A program made the translations under genes and the position numbers. From Promethearchaeota archaeon (GTDB lineage: Archaea; Asgardarchaeota; Lokiarchaeia; Sigyniarchaeales; SOKP01), in NCBI GenBank assembly GCA_048940925.1, contig JBHLOC010000050.1:4447-33779 (forward strand): DNA of 29,333 nt. The letters are read 5' to 3'. The notes under the pieces are model-generated. The model was not told where the DNA came from. It did no database searches and saw only the letters and a program-made list of their open reading frames with translations. This document shows positions 17,972 through 27,947 of the stretch, piece by piece (position 1 is the first letter of the stretch; each line of letters begins with the position of its first letter).

Positions 17972-18958
17972 TCAAATTCTTAAGGGAAACGTTCGATCAG
18001 GAATAACAGGTTCAATTTGTTTCGAATTTACTCTAAATCTTTCTTTTTTCTTCATCAATTTTTTAAAAGAAATTCCTTGGATATGAATTTTAACAATTCG
18101 AATAGGACAACGAATCATAAAACCCAAATTATTTCTTGGAGATCTCCGTAATTTTAAGAAATCAGAGAAAAAATGTATAGCATTTTTATGAAATCTTGAT
18201 TTTTCAAAAGATATAAACCTATTGGTAATATTTTTAAGATTTTCTGTGTCTCTAAAGCAATAATAATTTGAGGCTTTCAGGGACCACTTTATTGCTTCTA
18301 ATTGATATTTAATAGGTTTAAACCTTTTAAATTGAGAAATGACAATTGAAAAGAAAGAAATCATCAAGTTCATAACCATACTTTTGAACATTTCGAGAAA
18401 AGTAATTTGAATTTTCGGTCTGATTTGACTTCTTAAATCTTCACCAAAAAGAATAGTACTGTTTATTAGAACATTTCCTAATACAATATTACGAGGCGCG
18501 AACATACCTGAAAATACTTTATTTACCCTGAATATTTTATGGAACGCAGCTTCTTCCCAATATTTCCTCTTTGTAAGAAAATGACTCACAAAGATTCCTG
18601 TTGACTGCTGAAGAACTCCCAAGACTTTTGTACTAAGTTTTGTATCAAATTCTCTAAAATTATGTTTTATCTCAAGAGCAATAAAATATCTCTCAATTTC
18701 CTTAATATGATGATTTGATACTCTATCTTTGAAAATAATTAGCAAATCGCAATCTGAAACAGGTGTAGCTTCATGATTTTTTACTCTCTGGCTACCAAAT
18801 AAAAGGATAGATAGAATTTTATTAATACCAATTTCTCTATTAATCAAATTGATGATATCCTTAATGTAATTCCGTGATTGTTGATCTATACCTTTTAAAT
18901 GCCCTGAAATCTTATCTTTGATTTCTTTAGATGTGCATATTATATCTATCTCTTGCAA
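17972..18958 (-). CDS. Pol-beta superfamily nucleotidyltransferase with C-terminal helical domain
   Basis: ILLFGSQ...SDCDLLII (hG[GS]...DxD) motif; TTG start. Confidence 0.8.
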   Translation of the reverse strand: MQEIDIICTSKEIKDKISGHLKGIDQQSRNYIKDIINLINREIGINKILSILLFGSQRVKNHEATPVSDCDLLIIFKDRVSNHHIKEIERYFIALEIKHNFREFDTKLSTKVLGVLQQSTGIFVSHFLTKRKYWEEAAFHKIFRVNKVFSGMFAPRNIVLGNVLINSTILFGEDLRSQIRPKIQITFLEMFKSMVMNLMISFFSIVISQFKRFKPIKYQLEAIKWSLKASNYYCFRDTENLKNITNRFISFEKSRFHKNAIHFFSDFLKLRRSPRNNLGFMIRCPIRIVKIHIQGISFKKLMKKKERFRVNSKQIEPVIPDRTFPLRI

Positions 18959-19099
18959 ATTTAATCAATAAGGCAACTATGATGATATCTATAAAGTTTT
19001 TTAATTTTTTATTTTCTATATTTTCTATATAGAATAATTAATAAAATAAAAATATTAGATATAAATAAATATTTTAAAATTTTTTTGATCTGTTATTAC

Positions 19100-21115
19100 T
19101 TATTTATCTAGATTATAAGCTGTTTCAAATCCCTCATGAATCGCTTCAATCATCATTCGAGGTTCTTTACAATCTCCTATTTTATACATCTTAAATGAAG
19201 GATTAGTTGCTTCAATTTCATCATATAAATCAGTATTTGGTTTAGCTCCTGTTGCTAGGATAAATGTATCAATATTTTCTAATGATTTCTTTTCACCTTC
19301 TACTTCATAATCTATAATTTTGCCTTCAAATTTAGTAATATTCGCGCTGGTGATTCTTTTTATTCCCAATTTCATAGTGTGACCGATCATAAAACCGCGA
19401 GTAGTTCTCCCCAGATTTGTCCCTAATTTCGGAAGTTTATCGATGATTGTTACATCTCTATTTCCTCTAAGCCATTTAGCAAGAACTTCTTCTTGAGGCA
19501 TTAAATTATAGAAACTGATAAATCGTGCTATCTCTGAATCTAATCTGCCTAATTCAGCAACCCATATCGCGGTTTCCATACCAACTGCAGAACCACCCAC
19601 AACAACGACATTTCTTCCGACATGATAATCCCCGGTAAGGACATCATGAGCAGAATAAATGGTACTCCCAAGACTCCCATCAATTCCTGGAATATCAGGA
19701 ATGTCGTACTTAATTCCTGTAGCAAATATAACCGCATCTGGATTATATTCATTAATTTTCTCTAAAGTTGCTTCAGTACCTAATTGTAAATCAATATTAC
19801 GGTATTTAATTTGAGCCTTGTAATAGTTAATAACTTCAATGATATCTTTCCGTCCCGGTGGAACCCATGCTATATTTGCTTGTCCCCCTATTTCTTCATT
19901 TTTCTCCAAAATCGTAACATCATGACCTAATAGTGTTGCTACACGAGCAGCTTCTAATCCCGCGGGGCCACTTCCAATGATCACTACTTTCATTGGAGAT
20001 TTTGTTTTCTGATTAAGGTTTATTTCACCTTCACGTGAAGCCATATAATTTCGCATACATTCAACTGACCTACCAGTAAAAATATGGTCGAAACAGCCTT
20101 GATTGCAGCCTACACACTTCCTAATATCCCATAGCTTATTTTCTTTCGCCTTGTTAGGTAAATATGCATCAGCAATAAGCCCTCTTCCCATACAGATGGC
20201 ATCTGCCCATTCATTTCTTAGAATTTGTTCTGCAAGGATTGGATCGTTAATTCTGTTAGCAGAAAATACTGGAGATTTAACATTTCTTTTCACATTTTCA
20301 GCTAAATATGCATATGCTCCAGGAGGTACCATCATAGGAAGTTGAGGAATTCTAGTTTCATGCCATCCACCAGTCACATTTATATAATCAACTCCTGCTT
20401 CATCATAATATTTCACAAAAACAGCAGTTTCTTTATATGTATTAGAGCCTGGAACAAAGTCATCTCCTGCCACTCGAATTCCTACTAAAATTTCCTTTCC
20501 TACTCTGTCTTTAACAAGATTTATTAATTCCAAAGGGTATCTAAGACGATTTTCTAAGGATCCCCCATATTCATCTGTTCGCTTATTAGTCATCTCACTA
20601 AGGAATTGATTTATAAGATATCCTGCTGATCCTAATAACTCTACTCCATCAAAACCAGCTTCTCTTACCCTTTCCGCAGCAAGTGCATGATTTTCTTGAA
20701 CCTCTTTTATTTCATCAATTGTTAATTCTTTTGGAACCCTCCTTGTTAAATTTGACATAACTGCTGAAGAAGAAACCATACCTGGCATTCCTGAATATGC
20801 TCCAGCATGGTATAATTGAACTATTGTCTTAGCTCCATGCTTATGCATTCTTTCAGCAAATCTAGTATAGTTTGGGATATATTTATCATCATCAATTGAC
20901 AACATTGTTGGACCTCCTCCTCTTGCTTCTACAGCACATCCGCCGAGAATGATAAGTCCAACACCACCTTTAGCCCTTTCTTCATAGAAATTAATAGTTT
21001 TATCATTTACAGTTCTATCAGGAGAATAATTAAGTGCCATAGCTGGCATTACAATTCTATTACGAATTTCTAAATCTCTTAATTTTAGTGGTTCAAAAAG
21101 TTTTACAAACTTCAT
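19100..21115 (-). CDS. fadH: 2,4-dienoyl-CoA reductase (NADPH), OYE-type FMN/4Fe-4S/FAD enzyme
   Basis: RNRIVMPAM, GFDGVELLGSAGYLINQFLS..TNKRTDEYGGS, GGWHETRIP (catalytic Tyr and His as in FadH), CVGCNQGC...C cluster, GSGPAG FAD motif. Confidence 0.88.
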   Translation of the reverse strand: MKFVKLFEPLKLRDLEIRNRIVMPAMALNYSPDRTVNDKTINFYEERAKGGVGLIILGGCAVEARGGGPTMLSIDDDKYIPNYTRFAERMHKHGAKTIVQLYHAGAYSGMPGMVSSSAVMSNLTRRVPKELTIDEIKEVQENHALAAERVREAGFDGVELLGSAGYLINQFLSEMTNKRTDEYGGSLENRLRYPLELINLVKDRVGKEILVGIRVAGDDFVPGSNTYKETAVFVKYYDEAGVDYINVTGGWHETRIPQLPMMVPPGAYAYLAENVKRNVKSPVFSANRINDPILAEQILRNEWADAICMGRGLIADAYLPNKAKENKLWDIRKCVGCNQGCFDHIFTGRSVECMRNYMASREGEINLNQKTKSPMKVVIIGSGPAGLEAARVATLLGHDVTILEKNEEIGGQANIAWVPPGRKDIIEVINYYKAQIKYRNIDLQLGTEATLEKINEYNPDAVIFATGIKYDIPDIPGIDGSLGSTIYSAHDVLTGDYHVGRNVVVVGGSAVGMETAIWVAELGRLDSEIARFISFYNLMPQEEVLAKWLRGNRDVTIIDKLPKLGTNLGRTTRGFMIGHTMKLGIKRITSANITKFEGKIIDYEVEGEKKSLENIDTFILATGAKPNTDLYDEIEATNPSFKMYKIGDCKEPRMMIEAIHEGFETAYNLDK

Positions 21116-21237
21116 AATTTAGATATTCTCTATTTTAAATTTTAGATAATAGTACAATTGAATTAAATTACTAATTTTAAATTTTTCAAAAAAAAGTAGA
21201 AAGAATAAATTGGAGTTTAAGTATAATATATGACACT

Positions 21238-22029
21238 TTAGCGAAAATAAGAGTCTGTCCCTCTGTCTTCTTGTGGTGGTTTCATGAACTGATCCGCTTG
21301 TTTTTTAAAGGATTCAAATATATGTTCCATTTCTTCAATTTTCTCATTTAATTTACTAAAATCCATCTTTATTGAAAAGTAGTCTTTTAGTAAAGAGACC
21401 AGGGCTTTTGACGAACGAGGATCCAAAGTCATCATCGGTAAAGGTAAAGTTTCTGCTAAAAGACAAATCCCAGGCGCGAAATTATTATTACCTGCATATG
21501 CAGGTAAAATACCATTTGCTCCTGAAATATAACCTCCTTCATATATTTTAGTATTATCAAATTCAAGGAAAGATTGAACTAACTCTTGATCTGTGCCACA
21601 AACGTAAACTAATGGATCATCATGAACTATATCAGAGATCATGGCTCCAGTGCTTACATACATTTTAATACTTCCCCCTGTAATTCTATGCATTTCTTCA
21701 CAAAAGACCTTCGAAAACTCGAACACACCTTCGGGCGACTGTGGTTGATAACTTGCTGTTAAAATAAAAAAATCATTACTTTTTTCACTTTCTCTTGACT
21801 TGTAATATAACTTTGCTGTCGGAAGACTTAGATCACCCTTCTCAACTGTAGCTTTTGGAGGAAAGTCAAAACAATGAAAAGTAATAAATTCTTTAGCATC
21901 AATTGAATCCTTAATTGACGTAATAGCTAATTTAGCTACTAAAGCTATTCCTGGCCATCCTATTAAAACAACAGGATTATTAATATTTTCTGCCTCTAAA
22001 TCAAAATGTTTTTCTATATTTATATGCAT
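21238..22029 (-). CDS. PAC2-family proteasome assembly chaperone
   Basis: GWPGIALVAKLA, QPQSPEG, ISGANGIL, CLLAET, DPRSSKAL; C-terminus SYFR. Confidence 0.88.
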   Translation of the reverse strand: MHINIEKHFDLEAENINNPVVLIGWPGIALVAKLAITSIKDSIDAKEFITFHCFDFPPKATVEKGDLSLPTAKLYYKSRESEKSNDFFILTASYQPQSPEGVFEFSKVFCEEMHRITGGSIKMYVSTGAMISDIVHDDPLVYVCGTDQELVQSFLEFDNTKIYEGGYISGANGILPAYAGNNNFAPGICLLAETLPLPMMTLDPRSSKALVSLLKDYFSIKMDFSKLNEKIEEMEHIFESFKKQADQFMKPPQEDRGTDSYFR

Positions 22030-22047
22030 TGTATATTAAATTAATTA

Positions 22048-23142
22048 TCATTCTTTATCAATAAATGAGAGATTTTCCCCACAATTGGGACAAAACTTTT
22101 TAGGGGTTTTTATCAAATATCCACAGAAAGGACAATAAAATTGACTTTCGATTTGCGATTCTGGTGATGGTAAAGGGCTTTTTACTTCACTTTTTTCTTG
22201 AATTTCCTGTAAAGGTTTTTGATATGGTTCTCGGTATATCTCCCTTACGGGATAATATCTTGTTTGGTATTTATATCCTAAATCTTTCTTAGCTTTTGAA
22301 GAAGAGAATAATGATGTTAATAAACAAATAAAGAGAGGAGCTAATATAATATCTATGAGGTTTATGAGAATTTGATATAGTATTAGCATCCCAAAGTTTC
22401 TTGTTTCAGGATTTAACCATGAATCATGTAATGAAGTGAAATCGTCAATATTAGTATTTATGGCAAATTCTATGATTAAATTGTAAATAAACCCAATTAT
22501 GAATATAATAATAAAGTTAATTATAAAAACTCCAATTATTTTCCAGAAGGAGCCTTTAGCAATTGCTCGAGCTTCTGAAACAGGACTTTGAATATCTTCC
22601 ATATTATAAGTAAATACTAGAAAAATATAAAAACCAAAAATAATAATAGCTGGAATAAATATTATTCCTCCTATCGGCAAAAGAATCCCTATAAAAAGAA
22701 TTGGAAAGAATATCTTCTTATTGAACGCTGATTTAAATGAATCCCCAAATCTTTCGTCTGTCCACATTTGTCTTTTATATACAAAATTACTGACTGAACA
22801 CATAGCTATCGTTATGACTAGAGCACCAATTAGGTTTTGGAGAAAAAGAAGTGCAAAACTCAGTATAAGATAATTCATTAATAAATTCATCTCACTTGCT
22901 GTTGGTTCTACATTTTCTAATAATTTATCGATAATTCCAGAAGTTGTAATACCTAAAGAATTTATATAGAGTCTAAAATCAGTTAATATAAAAATATTGA
23001 GAACTATTAATATAATCTGGAAGAATGCAAGAGGTAAAATTAATACCTTATAATTTTGGCGAAATAACTTAAACCCATCCGTGATTATTTCGCCAAAACG
23101 TCTATTTGCTAATCTGATTAATCTATCTTCACTATTAGCCAT
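22048..23142 (-). CDS. Multi-pass membrane protein with C-terminal double zinc ribbon
   Basis: FGEIITDGFKLFRQNY start, 5-6 TM helices, CPFCG...CPNCG tail. Confidence 0.8.
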   Translation of the reverse strand: MANSEDRLIRLANRRFGEIITDGFKLFRQNYKVLILPLAFFQIILIVLNIFILTDFRLYINSLGITTSGIIDKLLENVEPTASEMNLLMNYLILSFALLFLQNLIGALVITIAMCSVSNFVYKRQMWTDERFGDSFKSAFNKKIFFPILFIGILLPIGGIIFIPAIIIFGFYIFLVFTYNMEDIQSPVSEARAIAKGSFWKIIGVFIINFIIIFIIGFIYNLIIEFAINTNIDDFTSLHDSWLNPETRNFGMLILYQILINLIDIILAPLFICLLTSLFSSSKAKKDLGYKYQTRYYPVREIYREPYQKPLQEIQEKSEVKSPLPSPESQIESQFYCPFCGYLIKTPKKFCPNCGENLSFIDKE

Positions 23143-23255
23143 AACAAAAAAAGTAGTTTTTTACATAAAAATATAATTATACGAATACATCATTACAATA
23201 AAAGTAATTTTTTCAAATAAGTATTATTTTCATAAATTTTATTATACATCAATAT

Positions 23256-25169
23256 ATGCGTGTGGAAAAACAACCAACTCGTCAAATTCCTGGTTTTATA
23301 TCTTATTTGGAGTTATTTTCATCGAAATATTTAGCATATTGTCTATTTTTTATAATCCCTCTTACTCTTGGTTTATTATCACTTACATTTAATACTTTAT
23401 TCCATGGATATTTTGATTTCTTTCACTTTATTCGATATTTTGTATTCTTTTTATTGCTGTCAGGATCTGGAACTGTATTTTCTATTCTTTTTTATTCTAA
23501 AAGATCTCCAATTTTACGATTACCTCCAAAAGGATGGGCATTACAAATTAATGTATATTTTTGTGCAATTATGGGATTAACATATATTTTTGGCAAAATA
23601 TTAGCAATAGTTCTGAATAATTCGACATTTCAAGAAGTCTTTTTCATACTAGGTGCTATTCTTTCTTATATTGTAGCATTTGTAGTTTATTTTTCGTTTA
23701 CTACGGTCGGTAGACCTGGCTACTTAATATTAGCTCTTGTTCAACCTGTGGTGGCTATTACTCTCTATAGCGTATATAAATATTGGTGGGATTATCCCCT
23801 GCCTAATGTGATCACTAACTCTCTTTTTTTCTTTATGAGAGCTATGATTTTTTTAGTAGTATGCGCTCTTCTATTTGCTATTCCTTACAGAAAAGGATTA
23901 TTTCAAGTTAGTAATGTGTATAAAGAAGCAACTGGAATGGGAGGATATCCTTTTATTAGAGCATTTATCCTTTCAATGATGACAGATGGCAATGATGAAT
24001 TAATTGAAGAATATTTCGATAGAGTGGGTATTAAATCAAAAGTAAAAATTCAATATTTATTCATTCGTGGTCTAGAATCTAATAAGATAAAAGGATTATT
24101 CATCATTCCTCATGTTCACTTTGGTCCTTTCAAAACTTGTGGTTCATCAGATTTACCTGAATATATTTATAAATCATTTGATTATATTCCAGGAACCACA
24201 GTTTATCATACAACAAATGACCATACTCAAAATTTAACAACTCAAAGATATGTTGAACAAATTACTAAGAGAATTAAACAAGATATTCATGAAGTACAAT
24301 CCATTAATAATACAATTTGGATTAAAGAAATAACAGATTTTAATCGAAAAATTTCAAACTCTGCAAAATTAATTGGTATGGAAGTTGCAAATGTCCCAAT
24401 AGTTTTCATAACGAGACATCCGCTCCCTTCTGACGATATTGAAGCAGACGTAGGAGAGGAAATCAGAGAAATAGCTATTGCTAATAATTACGAAGATATT
24501 GTTATTATCGACTCTCATAATGCTATCATTGGAGATGAAATCTTGATTAAAAAAAATTCTATTGAAGCTCAAGATTTAATTGATGTCTCAAGAAAGTACA
24601 TTAAAAGTAAGAAAATCCATAATAACCAAAAAGCTCAGATGTTATACGGCGTAGCGAAAGACATAATGGAAGAATATTCAGAAAAAGAGGGTATAGGCTT
24701 TGGCGGGATTGTTGTTCATTTATTTAGAAATGTCAATACTGATCAAAAAACAGCATTAATACATTTCGATAGTAATAATGCTTTTGTAGACATCCGATCA
24801 TATATTTTAAATATGTTACAAAATAGAGGAATAGAACGAGGAGAAATTACGACATCCGATTCTCACACTGTTGCAAGACAATTTTCAAATAGAGGATATT
24901 CACCTCTTGGGGATAAGATTAAAATTGATTTTATACTTGATAAAATATCACATTTGATTGATAAAGCTGAGAATGATTTAGAACCCGTAGAGTTTTATTA
25001 CAAAGAGTCACAAGAAGATGTAAAAATTTGGGGAGATCCCTCTTACTTTAATGCAATATTAGATACATTAAAAGAATGCATTAAGGTATCTCAAAGTTTA
25101 TTAACAATCAGTTTAATAGCTCCAACGTTCTTCTCATTAATTCTATTGATCTTTTTCTATACCATCTAA
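23256..25169 (+). CDS. DUF2070 family membrane protein (predicted ceramidase-superfamily lipid hydrolase)
   Basis: N-terminal TM bundle; HVHFGPF...GSS, H...H, IDSHN, DSNN, TSDSH motifs; C-terminal TM helix. Confidence 0.88.
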   Translation: MRVEKQPTRQIPGFISYLELFSSKYLAYCLFFIIPLTLGLLSLTFNTLFHGYFDFFHFIRYFVFFLLLSGSGTVFSILFYSKRSPILRLPPKGWALQINVYFCAIMGLTYIFGKILAIVLNNSTFQEVFFILGAILSYIVAFVVYFSFTTVGRPGYLILALVQPVVAITLYSVYKYWWDYPLPNVITNSLFFFMRAMIFLVVCALLFAIPYRKGLFQVSNVYKEATGMGGYPFIRAFILSMMTDGNDELIEEYFDRVGIKSKVKIQYLFIRGLESNKIKGLFIIPHVHFGPFKTCGSSDLPEYIYKSFDYIPGTTVYHTTNDHTQNLTTQRYVEQITKRIKQDIHEVQSINNTIWIKEITDFNRKISNSAKLIGMEVANVPIVFITRHPLPSDDIEADVGEEIREIAIANNYEDIVIIDSHNAIIGDEILIKKNSIEAQDLIDVSRKYIKSKKIHNNQKAQMLYGVAKDIMEEYSEKEGIGFGGIVVHLFRNVNTDQKTALIHFDSNNAFVDIRSYILNMLQNRGIERGEITTSDSHTVARQFSNRGYSPLGDKIKIDFILDKISHLIDKAENDLEPVEFYYKESQEDVKIWGDPSYFNAILDTLKECIKVSQSLLTISLIAPTFFSLILLIFFYTI

Positions 25170-25276
25170 ATGAACTTAAACATTCTTTACATATTTTTTT
25201 CAAAATTTATATAATTCCGTCTCTTAATTTTTACTTATACAAACAAATAAAAACAAAAATGAGATCAAGATAAGAA

Positions 25277-26002
25277 ATGAGTTTAACCTCCTTAGATTAT
25301 GTTAATGGGATATTCAGCATGATTTTTGTTTTTATATCAATAATTGTTGGTGTTATAATCCTTTCTAAGTATTTTAGGTATAGAGAGAGAACTTACCTCT
25401 ATATAGGGAGTACATGGATGTTTTTATCAAGTAGTTGGTGGCCATCCTGTATTTCCTTCTTGGTTGCGCTAAATAACGGTGTTGGAATAACTGCTGAGCT
25501 CTATTTTTTAATTGGAAATATTTTCGTGCCTCTTGCAATTGTACTTTGGCTTTTAGGATTCACAGAGTTTCTCTATTCTGAAAAACGCAAACAAATTCTA
25601 ATAATTACTGGAATTTATGGATTATTATATGAAATCTTATTCCTTGTATTCCTCTTCATTAACCCAGATATAATAGGGGAGTTAAATCCACCTGTTGACG
25701 TCAATTATCAATCTTTTACAATTTTCTTTCTTTTGTCTTTTCTAGCGATTGTAGTAATTACAGGAGTATTATTTGCTCGTTTGTCTTTACAATCTGAAGA
25801 TCCCGAAGTAAAACTAAAAGGAAAATTATTGATAGTTGCTTATATTGCTTTCACGATAGGTGCATTATTAGATTCTGCAATTCCTTTAAATGCAGTGCTT
25901 ATAATTTTTACACGATTAATATTAATTGCGAGTGCGCTTTTTTGGTACGGTGGGTTTATACTTCCAAGTTGGATGAGAAAAGTATTTCTAAAGAAAAATT
26001 AA
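25277..26002 (+). CDS. Stand-alone seven-TM membrane protein
   Basis: Seven hydrophobic segments with basic cytoplasmic loops and no soluble output domain. Confidence 0.8.
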   Translation: MSLTSLDYVNGIFSMIFVFISIIVGVIILSKYFRYRERTYLYIGSTWMFLSSSWWPSCISFLVALNNGVGITAELYFLIGNIFVPLAIVLWLLGFTEFLYSEKRKQILIITGIYGLLYEILFLVFLFINPDIIGELNPPVDVNYQSFTIFFLLSFLAIVVITGVLFARLSLQSEDPEVKLKGKLLIVAYIAFTIGALLDSAIPLNAVLIIFTRLILIASALFWYGGFILPSWMRKVFLKKN

Positions 26003-26200
26003 ATGCTTCTATTTTTTTTTATTACAGAATATATTGAATTATTAAGGATCTTAAGGTATAAGGGAATCTTAATTCAATACATTTAGGAGAAGATAAAATC
26101 AAAAAAAATCTAAAATAAAAATGGAGTTAAAATCCTCATTTTTCCCTTTTAAATAGTAGTTTATGCTATGAAAGAAAATTTTAAACTTGTAAATCCTTTC

Positions 26201-26758
26201 TTATATGAATTTTATGTTTTTATATCCTTTATCTTCAAGAATTTTAGATAATAAAACTCTAAATACTAAATCTACATTCTCTCCTGTTTTTGATGAACAT
26301 TCAATATATTTAAAGAATTTATATGAATTCATTATGTCTAACACTTCATCTTTTTTACAAACCCTTTGTTGTTCAAGGTCTAGTTTACTACCAACCATTA
26401 TGAGAGGTATGTATCTAATTGTCTTCCCAAATTCTGGAAGCCAATCCTTTAAAGCAATTAAACTTTCATAATTAGTAAGATCAAACATAAAAATTCCTCC
26501 AGCTGAACCTTGAGCATATTTTGATATCAGGAATCTAAACCTATTATGACCACCAAAATCCCATACTTGAAGCGTTATTGTTCCATTCTCTAACTCTAAG
26601 TATTTAATATGAATTGATACCCCAAGAGTCGCTTGTATATTGTCATGAAAAATATTTGTGATATAACGATCTGCCAATGTTGTCTTTCCAACTCCTTTAT
26701 CCCCGAAAATACTAATCTTGTATGATAATTTTAGGTCTTCTTTTCTAATTCCTTCCAT
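26201..26758 (-). CDS. Rab-like small GTPase
   Basis: G1 GDKGVGKT, G2 TLGV, G3 WDFGGH, G4 SKLD, G5 CSSK; RabF-like TLQVW, RFRFL, FMFDLT. Confidence 0.92.
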   Translation of the reverse strand: MEGIRKEDLKLSYKISIFGDKGVGKTTLADRYITNIFHDNIQATLGVSIHIKYLELENGTITLQVWDFGGHNRFRFLISKYAQGSAGGIFMFDLTNYESLIALKDWLPEFGKTIRYIPLIMVGSKLDLEQQRVCKKDEVLDIMNSYKFFKYIECSSKTGENVDLVFRVLLSKILEDKGYKNIKFI

Positions 26759-26837
26759 CTTTAAATAAATGTTATTTTATATATGAATATTAGGGTATAA
26801 GATCTAATTAAGTATACTCTATAATAAAACCTTATTC

Positions 26838-27371
26838 TTATATCCATTTAATCGCTTCATCATAATCCATAAATACAGAAACCTTATATGCCTTAAATCC
26901 ATTTATCCGAGACTTAGTTGCATCGTTAATTTTATTAAACAAGCTTGCTACTTTTTTCTATTTTTAGAATGTCAATGACATCCATTACTTATCCATTTTC
27001 TATTTTTAAGTAATACTATTAAGCACTTTCTTGGAAGGTTTCTAGTCTGATCTAATATTAATAATGAAATTCAAACATATATAATTTACAATATTGTATT
27101 TTCCCTTATTAATCTCATCGAATAACTCCATATAAAGATCATAAAAAGAATAATCTAATTTGTCTCGATCATCTTCATAAACATCTCCTTTCTAATCCAA
27201 AATTTCTTTATAATCTTCTTGAATTCGGTAAAATATCCTAGAATGAATAAATCTTGGTAATTTAGGATAATTTTCTAATACTTTTCAAATATGAGATTTA
27301 GGAGTAGAATGTTCATACTCCTTATTTTCGATAAAATCTCTTGATAATACTTAGATATTATCCTGATTCAT
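26838..27371 (-). pseudogene. Decayed gene(s); 3' end resembles a SpoIIAA/STAS-SEC14-like C-terminus
   Basis: One frame from ATG 27371 gives long protein-like stretches (KVLENYPKLPRFIHSRIFYRIQEDYKEILD; KGDVYEDDRDKLDYSFYDLYMELFDEINKG) cut by TAA, TGA and TAG, ending YKVSVFMDYDEAIKWI*. Confidence 0.5.
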
Positions 27372-27425
27372 ATTCTCTATTTATTCATTTTTTCTTAGTT
27401 AGTCAGTATAGATGTCAAAATTAAT

Positions 27426-27947
27426 ATGTTAAGTTCTGAAATAGATAAACTTGTGAAAATTTCGTTAGTCGGTTTTCCAGCAACAGGTAAAACAACTATG
27501 GCGAAACTTTTATCAGAGAATACAATAGATAGATTTTATATACCAACACATGGATTAGATTTAAAAACAGTAAAATTCGATGATTATTTCCTTAGAGTTT
27601 GGGATTTAGGTGGTCAATCTTCGTATCTTAAGACTTATTCTAAAGATTATTTATTAGGTTCAGATTTAATATTTGTAGTTACAGATTCAACACCACGAAA
27701 CGTGTTAAATTCAAGGGAACTCATAAACTATGCCTGTCATTTTGTAGGTGAAGAATGTCCAATTATAGCTATTGCCAATAAGCAAGATTTAAATGACGGA
27801 CGTATGAATGCAAAAAGAGTTGAAGATCTTTTACATGTAAAAACGTATGGGCTTACTGCAATCGATCCAGCAGAACGTTTGAAATTACTTAACATTATTA
27901 AAAAAGAATTAGAACAAATAGCAATTAGGAGGGGATTATTAGAATGA
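27426..27947 (+). CDS. Arf-related small GTPase
   Basis: G1 GFPATGKT, G2 PTHG, G3 WDLGGQ, G4 ANKQDL; spacing matches Arf PTIGFN...VWDVGGQ. Confidence 0.9.
   Translation: MLSSEIDKLVKISLVGFPATGKTTMAKLLSENTIDRFYIPTHGLDLKTVKFDDYFLRVWDLGGQSSYLKTYSKDYLLGSDLIFVVTDSTPRNVLNSRELINYACHFVGEECPIIAIANKQDLNDGRMNAKRVEDLLHVKTYGLTAIDPAERLKLLNIIKKELEQIAIRRGLLE

Noticed and set aside
25277-26002. Rhodopsin
   Set aside because: No retinal-binding Lys motif in helix 7.
9464-26471. Short ORFs 9464-9646, 10049-10267, 14301-14495, 15122-15313, 19549-19752, 20103-20345, 23368-23580, 24369-24572, 26205-26471
   Set aside because: They overlap confident CDSs and look like shadow frames.
26838-27371. Stop-codon reassignment
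   Set aside because: TAA, TAG and TGA all interrupt the frame, and intact genes in the window end normally at TAA and TGA.
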